NCBI GenBank assembly: GCA_964016885.1
Contig: OZ024740.1
Span: 272,366,001-272,430,000, forward strand
From: Eledone cirrhosa
Taxonomy: Eukaryota
DNA length: 64,000 bases
Direction: 5' to 3'
The notes beneath the pieces are model-generated. The model worked only from the letters and a program-made list of their open reading frames with translations, did no database searches and was not told where the DNA came from. Numbering within the stretch: position 1 is the first letter of the stretch; the number at the start of each line of letters is the position of its first letter. The position numbers and the translations under genes are program-made. Below, piece after piece: positions 13,755-26,680 of the stretch.

Positions 13755-16122
13755 ATGGAGAAGCACCGTATAGGTATGTCACTGAAAAACATACCTATAC
13801 CTACAAAAAAGGACTATACACTGGGCATGATACGACGGACTAATGATTTCATCCGCAGGGTCCGATGGAAAGCTTACCATTTCGATAAGGGACCAAATAC
13901 CAACGGAAAGGAATTTTCTAAGGAGAATTACGGGTTTAAATCCTGCAAAAACCCGCTAAACAACCCCTCACTCGATGCCTTCGAGCTGGACCTTATGAAC
14001 ATGATAAGTGAAACTAAATTTAAAAAAGGAACAAATCACAACAAATTGCAAAATGACTTAAATACACTACTAAAAAAACTAAAAGACACTAACGGTATCA
14101 TAGTAAAAGCAGACAAAACATCAAACGTCTACTCTATGGACATTAACACACACAATAACTTTATCCAGCGTGAACTACATAAAAAATATAAAAAAACAAA
14201 TGAATCTACACTCACCAACATTAACGTGGAGGGCCTCAGATAGGACCGAACCGCTAACCCTGTGCAACCCAACATTTAACCTGAAGGATCACAAAAATAA
14301 CTTTGAAACTAATCCCACCATTAGATTAATATGCCCATCCAAGTCAGACATAGGTAAAATTAGCAAGAACATTCGAGATAGGGTAATCGCACAAATAAAG
14401 GGTAAACTAAAAATCAATTTATGGGGCAACACTAACGAGGCAATTAAATGGTTCAATAAAATACAAAATAGGGAGACGTGTAACTTCATACAATTTGATA
14501 TAGACGACTATTATGCATCCATATCCCCAGCTACCCTAGATAAGGCGCTTATATTTGCCCAAAATAACTCTGATCTTACCCATGATGAAATTGAAATAAT
14601 AATAGCGGCTAGGAGGACTATCATAAAATTTGAAAATAGCTACTGGGTAAGAAAGGATAGAATAAATAGCTTCGATATAACAATGGGATCAAATGATTCT
14701 GCGCAAATCACAGATATCGTGGGGCTATTCATAGCACACAACCTACATAAGGAATTCAGTAACCTCCAAGGAGGAATTTATAGGGACGACACGTTACTTA
14801 TAGCTAGGAACCTAAACAACCAGAGCATGGAAAGACTAAGAAAAAATATTAGAATATTCTTCAAAAAACTAGGCCTAAGTATTACCTACGAACTAAACCA
14901 TAAGAAGGTAAATTTTCTAGATGTGACTCTAAATCTAAATACTGGATTAATAGAACCTTTCCACAAAAATAATGAAAATCTTGCCTACATTAGTTACAAC
15001 TCAAATCACCCAAATCCATAATTAGATCCATAGCACGTAGTATATCCTTCCGAATATCCCGCTTATCCTCAAACCTAGAAATCTTTAACGAGCATGCTGA
15101 CTATTTTAATGCAGCATTACGTAGGGCCGGTCATAAAGATAAACTGCAGTATATAGTGAATAAGGACAACGTAAACAATCCTAGTAATTACTACTCCAAC
15201 CGCTCACATAATAATAGAAATAACTTGACTAGACATAGGGTTAGACACGTAACACCTGGAGTAAACGGCCAAAACACTAATAACGTAAACCCAAGAAACA
15301 ATAGAAGAAACAGACAAAGAAAATACCTATGGTTCAACCCAATATTCAACTCCTCTATAAAAACTAGACTGCCCTCTACATTCTTTAAACTAATAGATAA
15401 ACACTTCCCTATCTCACATAGATATCACAAAATACTCAATAGATCTACTATAAAACTCTCATTCTCAACAGCAGCTAACATAGAATCACACATACGCAAG
15501 ATCAACCACAGAAATATCTCTAGTAAATCAACTGCACCTATACATAACGTAGCACCGAATTATAAGCACAAACACATCACAACATCACAACCACAAAACC
15601 ATACAAACGCACAGCAGCAAAACCCCATTGGGCATATATCACAACCCACTTATAACAGAGTACTAAACAGGAATGTAAAAGCTGCACAAAATAGCGCCTA
15701 AAACTGTAACTGTCACCTACCAGATAGGTGCCCATTGGCGAACAGATGTCTCGATTCGAGCCTAGTGTACATGTGCACTGTCATCTCGGGTAACTCCACC
15801 TGGAATTACATAGGATCCACCGCGGGTTCTTTTAAAAAAAGATGGTATGTGCACAGACACTCAATGAAAAACCGTGCACTTATGGGTTCCACAACCCTCG
15901 CCAAAAAAATATGGGAACTGAAGGACAGCAACACTAACTACAGTATCAACTGGTCGAAGTTGTCGGCTGCTAAAACCTATAGTACAGGGATTTCCCACTG
16001 CGGGCTATGTGATCTTGTGCTATTGTATATCCTCAAAAATGTAAAAAGACTACTTGTTAGAAAGATCTATCTTCTGCAGACATAGAATTGCCACTAAATT
16101 CATAAGATTCAAACCTCCGTGA
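13755..16122 (+). pseudogene. PLE reverse transcriptase / GIY-YIG endonuclease ORF (disrupted)
   Basis: SLKNIPIP, FIRRVRWKA, IIVKADK, RT motifs FDIDDYYASI, MGSNDS, IYRDD, VNFLDVTLNL, SNHP, WFNP..LIDKHFP, CNC-x5-CP, VY-x11-YIGST, CGLC; frameshifts near 14235, 15013 and 16055; in-frame TAA at 15699. Confidence 0.92.
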
Positions 16123-16435
16123 ATCGAACCAACACAACATAGCTTTAAATTAGGATACCTACTACCCACAGAAATATATTCATTAAGTATACTATATCCT
16201 TCACAAGTCTATACCACACAATTGTCTGTAAGTACCTCATCTACCCACAAACTTATTCCTTCTCAGCTGCTGCCATCATTTGATCCTAAATCCTATTTTT
16301 TCTCAAATCACTACTACAATGTAATTTTACCTTCCTTTTGCCATAATTACAATTAGCACGCTTATCTCTTTGCATGTATGTATATTTTTGTACGAGTGTA
16401 TATTGATGTGTATGTATGTGTCTATGTACACATGC

Positions 16436-16532
<97 letters not shown>

Positions 16533-16932
16533 TGTGTGTGTATGTGTGTGTGTTAATATATGTGTATATTACTTCGTTAACCTCTGTATTAACTCAACAA
16601 CTATTTAGCTTTGACAGTGTTGTCCCACTCATGTATACTATTGAAGATGAAGAGAAAGACTGTAAACATTAGCTTATCTTTATAATTTAAAATTGATATA
16701 CACTTCGATACTCTGTACATGCCAAACGCTTTCTTTTGCCTCATGACAGTTAGTTTTACACGCCGTAACGTTAGATACATTATACCCCCCACCTAAGTAA
16801 TGTCAGGGTCTCCTTAAATAATTTATTAATAGCATTGTTGTAATTGTTGTTATTGTTCTAATTGAATGCCATTACTACTTCATATAGTAGCCTGTATATT
16901 CTTTTCTTGCCTGTGTATTTTCTTCATTCTCG

Positions 16933-17045
16933 CATGCTCCGAAGATCTGACTGGTTATAATTTTGTATTGGCGATCGAGTAACGCGAAAATAAGCGAATA
17001 GCGATCTCTAGACCTACCAGTTCAGAGAAACAATTGTCAGCTATG
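16933..17045 (+). ncRNA. Variant type I hammerhead in PLE pLTR (CCGAAGA core, about 60-nt stem II insert)
   Basis: catgct CCGAAGA tctgactgg...ccagttcaga GAAA caattg TC agctatg; palindromic stem III; same core in the second copy at 33942-34054. Confidence 0.7.
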
Positions 17046-17115
17046 AGATTAAAAACCTTTTTTGTATAGCAAACCATGTCAACCTTCTTTCCTGATTTAT
17101 ATATATATATATATA

Positions 17116-17218
17116 ACGAAGGAGTTGTGGTAAGGAACCAGATGGACCATAACGCACCAGAGTACTCAATACGTAGTAGTAGGTTTGTGCTCTGCCGTCG
17201 GGGTCATACATTTTCCTA
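17116..17218. mobile_element. Family F fragment (inverted tail plus short sense end) in (TA)n
   Basis: Matches 23079-23241, 32095-32238 and 33407-33535. Confidence 0.7.
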
Positions 17219-17267
17219 TATATATATATATATATATATATACAGACACACACACACACACACACTC

Positions 17268-17318
<51 letters not shown>

Positions 17319-17519
17319 TAGATAGAGAGAGAGAGAGAGAGAGATAGAGAGAGAGATAGAGAGAGGGAGGCAGAAAGAGAAAGAAATGTGCCATTATCGT
17401 CTCCAGTCTTTTCATTACAAATATTATTTCCAATATTATTTTATTATTATCACCAGTACAAATAACCTTCATCATGATCAATATCGTAATCATCATCACC
17501 TCTCAACCACAACGATGAC

Positions 17520-18032
17520 ACAACTACAACTACCACCACCACCACCACCACAGCTACCACTACCACCACCACCACCACCACCACCACCACAGCTACCACC
17601 ACCACCACCACCACCACAACCATTAAAACAACCTCCACCACCACCACCACAACTAGCATCACCACTAGATTCGCCACCACCACCACCACCACCACCACCA
17701 CTACCACCATCACTAGCACAACTACCACCACCACCACCACCACCACCACCACCACTAGCACCACCACAACTAGCATCGCCAACACCACCACCACCACCAC
17801 CACTACCACCACCACTAGCACCGCTACCACCACCACCACCGACACAATCATCATCATTGTCCCCCTCCTGCTACTGCTCCTCCTCCTCATTCTCTTCTTC
17901 TTCTTCTTCTTCTTCTTCTTCTTCTTCTTCTTCTTCTTCTTCTTCTTCTTCTCCTTCTTCTTCCCTCCTCCTCCTCCTTCTTCCTCTTCCCTCTCCTTCA
18001 CCCTCGTCTTCTTTCTCTTCCTACTCGTCATC

Positions 18033-18070
<38 letters not shown>

Positions 18071-18500
18071 AACAATTATCATCCTCGCCTTCCTGACCAT
18101 CATCATCATCATTATCATCAGAGCCATCAATACAGTCTACATTCCTCAACGTCCCCCAACCACCCTCAACCTCAACCTCATCATCTTCATCATCATCATC
18201 ATCATCATCATTATTATTATCATTGTTATTATTGTTGTTGTTGTTGTTGTTGTTATTATTATTATTAATATTATTATTATTATTATCATCATTATTACTG
18301 TTGTTGTTGTTGTGGTTGTTGTTGTTATTGTTGTGGTTATTGTTGTTGTTATTATCATTATTACTGTTGTTGTTGTTGTTGTGGTTGTTGTTATTGTTGT
18401 GGTTATTGTTGTTGTTATTATTATCATTATTACTGTTGTTGTTGTTGTGGTTGTTGTTGTTATTGTTGTGGTTATTGCTGTTGTTATTGTGGTGGTTATA
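17520..18500. repeat. Compound trinucleotide arrays (CCA)n, (TCT)n, (CAT)n, (TTG/TTA)n
   Basis: Direct reading; source of the poly-P/S/N ORFs. Confidence 0.9.
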
Positions 18501-19478
18501 TTTTTGTGGAGATCTTTCTATCAACTACGAATGATTTGTGGTATGTCATGAAACATTAATAACTGATACCAGCTTCCACTTCCGCTTTTTTTAAAACCCA
18601 GCCCCAGCCCACACCACCCCGTCCCTGTCCCTCCCCACTTATACACACCGCCATTACATTACCAATTGCGCATCACAATAATATCAGCATAGAGTTTCGC
18701 ATTAATTCATGCAACTAAAATGGTGGTAGGTCTGTCTGCTCACCTCTTCGTTGAGGTAATGGTGAATGAGTGAGAGTGAGAGAGAGTGAGATATATAGGT
18801 AGAGTGAGAGAGAGGGAGAAAGAAAGAGAGAGAGAGAGAGAGAGAGTGAGAGAGAGAGAGAAAGAAAGAGAGAGAGAGTGAGATATATAGGTAGAGTGAG
18901 TGTGTGTGAGATATATATATATATATAGGTAGAGAGAGAGAGAGAGAGAAAGAAAGAGAGAGAGAGAGTGAGAGAGAGAGAAAGAAAGAGAGAGAGAGTG
19001 AGATATATAGGTAGAGAGAGTGTGTGTGAGATATATATATATATATAGGTAGAGAGAGAGAGAGAGAGGGAGAGGGAAAGGGAGAGAAGGCGAAAGAAGC
19101 AGAGAGACAAAGAAACAGAGAGAGAAGGAGAGAGAGAGAGAGAAGGAGAGAGAGAGAGAGAGAAGGAGGAAGAGATTTATATACACAGATGTAGAAAGAG
19201 AGAGGGAGAAAGAAGGAGAAAGAGGCAGAGAGGGAGAGAGAGAGAGGGGAGAAAGAGAGACAAAGAAACATATATATATATATATAAAGAGAGAGAGAGC
19301 AGGAGGGAGAGAGATACACAGATGTAGAAAGAGAGAGTGAGAGAGAGGGAAAGAAGGAGAGAGAGAGAGAGAGAGAAGGAGAGAGAGTCAGTCAGACAGA
19401 CATAAAGATTGACATGACTGTGTGTGTGTGTGAGTGAGTGTGTGTGTGTGTGCGGAATATGTTAAAAATAAAAAGTAA

Positions 19479-19852
19479 TAATTGTTTCTACTTTTGGCAC
19501 AAAGCCAGTAATTATCTCAGTACATTACTGGTACTTTATTTTATCGATCCCGTAAGGATGAAAGGCAAAGTTAACTTCGGCGGGATTTGAACTCAGACCG
19601 TAAAGAGACGTAACTATGCTAGAAAGCATGGCGTCCGACCTTCTACCGATACTGCCAATTCGCCGCCCTAAAATAATTGTTTCTACTTTTGGCACAAGGC
19701 CAGCAATTACCTAGTGCATTACTGGTACTTTATTTTATCGACCCCGTAAGGATGTAAGGCAAAGTTAACCTTGGCAGAATTTGAACTCAAATCGTAAAGG
19801 GACGTAACTATGCTGCAAAGCATGGCGTCCGACCCTCTACCGATACTGCCAA
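19479..19852 (-). mobile_element. Two tandem SINE S1 copies
   Basis: Reverse complements of S1 at about 19479-19668 and 19674-19852. Confidence 0.9.
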
Positions 19853-20028
19853 AAGTAATAATATTACATCAACAACAATAAAAACAACGCAAAAAACATC
19901 AACAATATTCACCAGTCTGAGTCTACATTGCTTTACTTTGGTATTAGAGCATTGCTGAGTGGTTAAGTAACTTGGTAATCATTAGGTGTTGGGTTCGATA
20001 CCATCGTGTTTCATCCTGGGTAAATGTC

Positions 20029-20300
20029 AGGTGGATTGGCAGTATCGGTAGAGGGTCGGACGCCATGCTTTGACGCATAGAGTTACGGCCTTTGCCATTC
20101 TGAGTTCAAATACCACCGAGGTTAACTTTGCCTTTCAAAATCTCTCTGAAATCTCTCTGAAATCACAGCCAAGTGTCTAAAAACGTTGGCCATCATTATC
20201 AGAGGTTGACTTTGCCTTTCATCCTTACGGGGTCGATAAAATAAAGTACCAGTAATGTATTGGGTAATTGCTGGCCTTGTACCAAAAGTAGAAACAATTA
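20029..20300 (+). mobile_element. SINE S1 5' part followed by a chimeric S1 3' part
   Basis: S1 head 20029-20137, non-SINE insert, S1 body and tail 20202-20300. Confidence 0.8.
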
Positions 20301-20700
20301 ACTATAGTTGCAGTTAAACTCATGCAATGTGAGTGAAATTGGGTAGATGGAACCTGTTTGGAAGGATCGTCGGATGGACTATTTAAAGGACGAAGGAATG
20401 TGGCGAGAGGAGAGGTGTTGCGTTGAAAAGAACCCGTTCAACCTATGCAAGCGTGGAAAAACACACGTAAAATAGATGATGATGATGATGATGATGAAGA
20501 TTATCGTCATCATCGTTTTCATCATTATCAACTCCACCAATAACATAGTTATCCTCCTCCTCCTCCTCCTCCTCCTCCTCCTCCTCATCATCATCATCAT
20601 CATCGTTCTCTTCATCGTCGTTGTTGTTATCATCTTCAACATCATCCTCCGCATCATCATCATCGTTCTCTTGATTGTCTTTGCTGTTATCATTTTCAGC

Positions 20701-20738
<38 letters not shown>

Positions 20739-21228
20739 TCTCCTCATCACCAATGTCAATATATTTGACAACATCATCTACAACAATGATAAAACGATAG
20801 TAAGGAGAAGAAAATGAGGAAGATGGTGAAAAAGGATGGAAATATAAGCACAGCCATTACAACAACAAAAACAAGAGGTACCAGAAAGATTTTAAAAAAA
20901 AAAAAAGCCAAAGGTAAAAAAAGAGTAAGATGAATGAACATTAATAATAATAACTACAACAATAGCAAAAGAAGAAAAATACAAAATGGCGGTTATAATT
21001 GTGTTTCTTTTCTGTTTGGCATTGATTCAATACAATTGGAACCTGTATATTTTGTAATTTTTAGGTAGTTTTTCCCCACCTAAATTATAGCGGTGTGTGA
21101 ATGATGCTGGAGGTATAGGTTATTTGTTTGAATGTATATATGTTTGTGTTTGTTTCAGTGTGTGTATATATGTGTGTGTGTATGTGTGTGTGTGTGAGAG
21201 AGAGAGAGAGGGGGAGAGAGAGAAAGAG

Positions 21229-21268
<40 letters not shown>

Positions 21269-21401
21269 TGTATGTGTGTGTCTGTGACTGTGTTTGTTTG
21301 TTTGCTTGTTCGTTTGTGTGTGTGTGTGTCTGTATGTGTGTGTGTAATTGCATACCAAACCGTAAAGATTTGATTTTACGCTAAACAATGTTTGCTTCAT
21401 G

Positions 21402-21457
<56 letters not shown>

Positions 21458-21460
<3 letters not shown>

Positions 21461-22613
21461 AAAAATGGAGTGCTGCGTGGTTGCACATGGGTTACATATG
21501 AATAAAATTAGTCCTTCATCAGTGATCTTCCAACCTTCATGGTATTTCATCGCTTTAAAAATCATATACCTCTGGTTGGTGCGAGCAATAACTAAATAAA
21601 GTTATTGGGACAAGTAAAATAGGGAGAAACGAGCGAGACATGTAAACAAACAAAGATGGTATTGCAACGGAACGATAGGAAGAGACAAGAACATGATATC
21701 TGTAAGCTTAAGCTTGGTGAAATCATGGACGAGAGATACAGACCATCCGACCTGGGTGAGATGTGAGCGAGAAAAGGATTTCACACAGGTCAAACGGGAG
21801 GAAGTGAGAGAGGGGGAGAAGAAGAGAGTGAGTGAGTGGAAGTGTGAGGAAGAGGCCAGCTGAGAGAGAGTGTGACTGGCAGAGGGGGTAAAAAGAAGGT
21901 GAGAGATACAGAGAGAGGGGAAGCAGTAAGAAAGAAACAGACAATCGCAGCTGAGGAAAAAATATAAATATAAGAAAAATGGAGTGCTGCGTAGTTGCAC
22001 ATGGGTTACATATGAATAAAATGAGTCCTTCATCAGTGATCTTCCAACCTTCATTGGTATTTCTGATGAAGAGGCCAGCCGAGAGAGAGCGACCGGCAGA
22101 GGGGGTAAAAATAAAGTGAGAGATACAGTGAAAGGGGAAGCAGTAAGAAAGAAACAGACAGGTCGCAGCGGAGGAAAAAATATAAATATATGAAAAATGG
22201 CGTGCTGCGTGGTTGCACATGGGTTACATATGAATAAAATTAGTCCTTCATCACTGAAGGTTGGACGATCACTGACTCACTCACTCTCCGCTTCTCCCCT
22301 CTCTCACTTCCTCCCGTTTCACCTGTGTGAAATCCTTTTCTCGCTCACATCTCACCCAAGTCGGATGATCTGTATCTCTCGTCCATGATTTCACCAAGCT
22401 TAAGCTTACAGATATCATGTACTTGTCTCTTCCTATCTTTCCGTTGCAATACCATCTTTGTTTGTTTACATGTCTCGCTCGTTTCACCCTATTTTACTTG
22501 TGCCAATAACTTTATTTAGTTATTGCTAGTACCAACCAGATGTATATGATTTTTAAAGCGATGGAATACCAATGAAGGTTGGAAGATCCCTGATGAAGGA
22601 CTAATTTTATTCA
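21458..22613 (-). mobile_element. Family D pLTR-like unit: about 514-bp monomer, partial repeats and a long inverted segment
   Basis: aaaaatgg(a/c)gtgctgcgt recurs at about 21460, 21975 and 22193; about 22275-22613 inverts about 21497-21835; (TA)n on both sides; CTGATGA present but no complete HHR fold found. Confidence 0.75.
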
Positions 22614-22646
22614 TATATATATATATATATTCAATATACATATTCA

Positions 22647-22796
<150 letters not shown>

Positions 22797-22824
22797 AGGT
22801 ATATGTATATTGAATATTGAGTAT

Positions 22825-22893
22825 CTGAGGTTTTAGCCGAAATCGTCTGAAACCTTTGGTAAATGGAATAATTGCCTTATGCTGTTTATTACA

Positions 22894-22898
<5 letters not shown>
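22825..22898 (+). mobile_element. Family A 3' end with the 3' half of an HHR
   Basis: GAAA cc-ttt-gg TA aatggaataattgccttatg...acataact(ata)n, the same tail as 1611-1660 (-). Confidence 0.65.
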
Positions 22899-22951
<53 letters not shown>

Positions 22952-22954
<3 letters not shown>

Positions 22955-23007
22955 CAGAAATAGCCGTCGAAACGGCTTGAGCTCTGCCGTCGGGGTTACA
23001 CATTTTC

Positions 23008-23079
<72 letters not shown>

Positions 23080-23237
23080 CGAAGGAAGTGTGGTAAGGAA
23101 CCAGGTGGATCATAACGCACCAGAGTACTCAATACTTAGGGTAGTAGAGTGGGTAATAGAAAAAGTTCAAGACCCCGACGGCAGAGCTGAACCTACTTCG
23201 ACGGCTTGAGCTCTGCCGTCGGGGTCTTGAACTTTTT

Positions 23238-23241
<4 letters not shown>
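22952..23241 (+). mobile_element. Two family F fragments separated by (TA)n
   Basis: gtc GAAA cggc-ttgagctct-gccg TC ggggt (3' half HHR) at about 22966; fold-back at about 23158-23240. Confidence 0.7.
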
Positions 23242-23312
<71 letters not shown>

Positions 23313-23575
23313 GTTATAAGATGTTGAACGATGATGCAATTATTTCAAGCATTCAAAGAGATGGAATACCATAGAAGCAACATCGAATTCCTTCGTCCCT
23401 TTGTCGAAAGCTTGTAGTGCCGTATAAACGTTACATAATAATCGTATTACTTAAGAGGCTCCTTTATGAAATAGCGTTGATGGTTTCGTGATAGCAGCAT
23501 TACGTAATCATTAACGCCACAGAAATACGTATTACAGTGGATTATGAATAAAATGGTTTATGAATAACTACAAGT

Positions 23576-23640
<65 letters not shown>

Positions 23641-23761
23641 TGGATGCAAACTCTGCTAAGAGTACTGCAATCGCTTGTGAGATTACAGAGTTTGGTGCAA
23701 TTTTAGGCTACGGCCAGCCACACGAACCTGTAACATATCCTGAACAACCTATGCCTGTGCG

Positions 23762-24002
23762 TTGAAGGTTTTTTTAAGTGGGGAAAGGCCTTGCACTCGG
23801 CCAACCCATTCTCTGAGCATCAAAAACACTACCCGAAAAGGAGAACAGGTCAACATCATCGGATGCTTACGAAGGGGCAGGTTTTTTTTTCAGAGTTTCC
23901 CTCTCCTAGAAAGGTGTGTTATAACAACTGGGGGCCTTTCACTCCCAGGTGAAAAAAAAGTGCTATTTGGATGTCCGTTAACTCTGTTTTGAGTTCCTCC
24001 GC

Positions 24003-24005
<3 letters not shown>
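23762..24005 (-). mobile_element. Diverged relative of the RTE-like derivative
   Basis: gaacaggtcaacatcat and cagagtttccctctcctagaa resemble 31690-31765. Confidence 0.45.
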
Positions 24006-24082
<77 letters not shown>

Positions 24083-24488
24083 TATATATTCTTCGGAGGC
24101 TCGATAAAATAAAATATGTACTGGTATCGATTTAATCGACTGTTCCTTCAAACAAATTTTCTGCCTGTGCCTTCGCTTTACATCCATATTATATAGAGAG
24201 ATCGATTATTATTTTATAGATTTACGCTGGGATGATTTCATTTCAAAATATTCCAATGTTTCGTAAGTGAACCAAATATTTTAGATTTAGGCTTAAAAAT
24301 CTTCTAATTGACGACAATAAATAGCCAGGGTCCTCTTAGCGTAATGATTAACGTACTCATCCGGCTTCCGAGAGATGCTGGGTTAGTTTTCTCGCAGGAA
24401 GCTCTGCTTAGTTTTTTTCCATCTCCAGAATTATTGTATTCAGTTTTCTCAACTATTATCTATTGTGATCGTCTGTTGTTATAGATGT

Positions 24489-24700
24489 GAAGACGCGTAG
24501 CTTTGTGGTTAGAGAATTGGATTCGTAATTGTGAGGTTGCGAGTTCAATTCCCAGACCAGGCGATGCGTTATGTCCTTGAACAAGACACTTTATTTCACG
24601 TGGCTCTTTTAGCGACCAGTAGATAGCGACCGGTCGATAGTATCAGCCATGGAAAGACCAATGGAAAAATTCTTTTCTTGATCTGATTGGACGAGTTCCA
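24489..24700 (+). mobile_element. tRNA-derived SINE family S2
   Basis: tagctttgtggttag A-box, gagttcaattccc B-box, gtccttgaacaagacactttatttcacg body; homolog at 56065-56281 (-). Confidence 0.75.
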
Positions 24701-24824
24701 CTCTATTTGGTAAGCGAATGAAGTCGGTCAAACGTCGTCGTCGTTGTTATAATCAGCTAGTTTGGGACGAATATATTTCAAATTTATTATTAATGTATTT
24801 ATTTTGGTTTTCATTGATACTGTT

Positions 24825-24978
24825 AGAGCGGAGGACACCATGCTTTGTGGCATAGAGTTACGGTCCTTTACGTTCTGAGTTCAAATTTTGCCTTTCATTC
24901 TTACGGCGTTCGATAAAATAAAGCACTAGTAATCCCCTCTCCCCAAAATGCTGGCCTTGTGCCTAGAGTAGAAATCAT
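24825..24978 (+). mobile_element. Degraded SINE S1
   Basis: Body and tail match S1 with deletions. Confidence 0.75.
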
Positions 24979-25838
24979 TATTTTTACATTTCATCAATTT
25001 TACTTTTCACGTTTATCTTTTATTAGTTCAGATTTCCCCTATTATAATAAACATGGGAAGTAACTTGTAAAAAGAAGTGTTAGAGTGTCGAACGAAAGGC
25101 CTTAGGAATTTATTCCGGCTCCCTGACCTCCCGTGTTAAAATGTCGCCTGACAACTTAGCCTTTCATCATACAAGGGTCGATAAATAAAGTACCAGCCAG
25201 GGACAGTATGATAGCAGAATCGTTAGAAAGACATAAGTGATGTCTTTTAGGCTCTTTGACTTCTGAGTCAAATTACATTGTGGGATTGACATAATTTGTC
25301 GCCGGGTTTAACTCCAGCACTTGATCCTTGGGTGCTTTTTAGCGAAGCCACTGCTGCAAGCATTTTGATCAGGTCTTGGTTTTGAAGACGCTGTTCACAT
25401 TTCCTTCCTTGCAGGTCACGAAAAGGGCACGTGTTCTCCCTTCCTTCCAACTAAGTGATAAAATATATTAACCACTTCTACGGATTAGATACGGAAGTGA
25501 AATGAACTAACTTCAACCGGAAACGAAAATACATCACAGACTCGACTCATATGACTTGACTCGAGGAGATCATACTGCTTGCCCACCAGTGTTCATCATA
25601 TTATCGAGTAGTCAGACATAGTAGGTGATAAATGCCTATATTTATAATCCTCAAATACATTAGAAACTTTCAACGCCAAATATTAATCTATGTAGATAAT
25701 TAGCTTCGTTTTGTTTTAAGTGAAACTATGATATATTTAAATGACACACATACTGAAAGTTTAGAGAGCACGAACGCTGTAAGAGAGACATTGACACAGG
25801 AACACAAACACATGCAGAAATACACCAAACACACACAA

Positions 25839-25936
<98 letters not shown>

Positions 25937-25945
25937 ATGTATAAT

Positions 25946-26040
<95 letters not shown>

Positions 26041-26047
26041 ATGTATA

Positions 26048-26093
<46 letters not shown>

Positions 26094-26098
26094 TATAT

Positions 26099-26167
<69 letters not shown>

Positions 26168-26296
26168 TATATTTACATATATACCTATAAATACATGTAC
26201 ACATTAACACAGATACATAAGAATACACAGAAATATGAACTGAAATAAGTATACATATGAACTTAAGAATGCACACGCAATCACATACATTGACAA

Positions 26297-26361
<65 letters not shown>

Positions 26362-26607
26362 TATATACACATATATACAAACAAAGATATCTATACATGC
26401 ACATACATATATATATCTAATCATGTACTCATAGATACGGTCATATATATATATATATATATATACGCACAAATATGTATATGTGTGTGTGAATGTATGT
26501 GCGTATATTTATGTGTAAACGTATGTTTGTAAATATAGATGGTACACAAATGTGTAGACATCCTAATCGCTACTAACTAGTTATACACACACACACACAC
26601 ACACCCA

Positions 26608-26680
<73 letters not shown>

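Larger units (their letters stand above)
13378..17098 (+). mobile_element. Penelope-like retroelement (C-terminal GIY-YIG type), near full length, with 5' inverted pLTR segment
   Basis: RT plus GIY-YIG ORF; 13548-13677 is the reverse complement of 16971-17098; (TA)n at both ends; HHR in the 3' pLTR. Confidence 0.92.

Noticed and set aside
15699-15701. In-frame stop in the PLE ORF considered as selenocysteine recoding
   Set aside because: The codon is TAA, not TGA, and the copy has other disabling lesions
17386-18072. 228-aa poly-Pro/poly-Ser ORF resembling formin or extensin
   Set aside because: Entirely compound trinucleotide repeats, open on both strands, with no flanking domain or splice support
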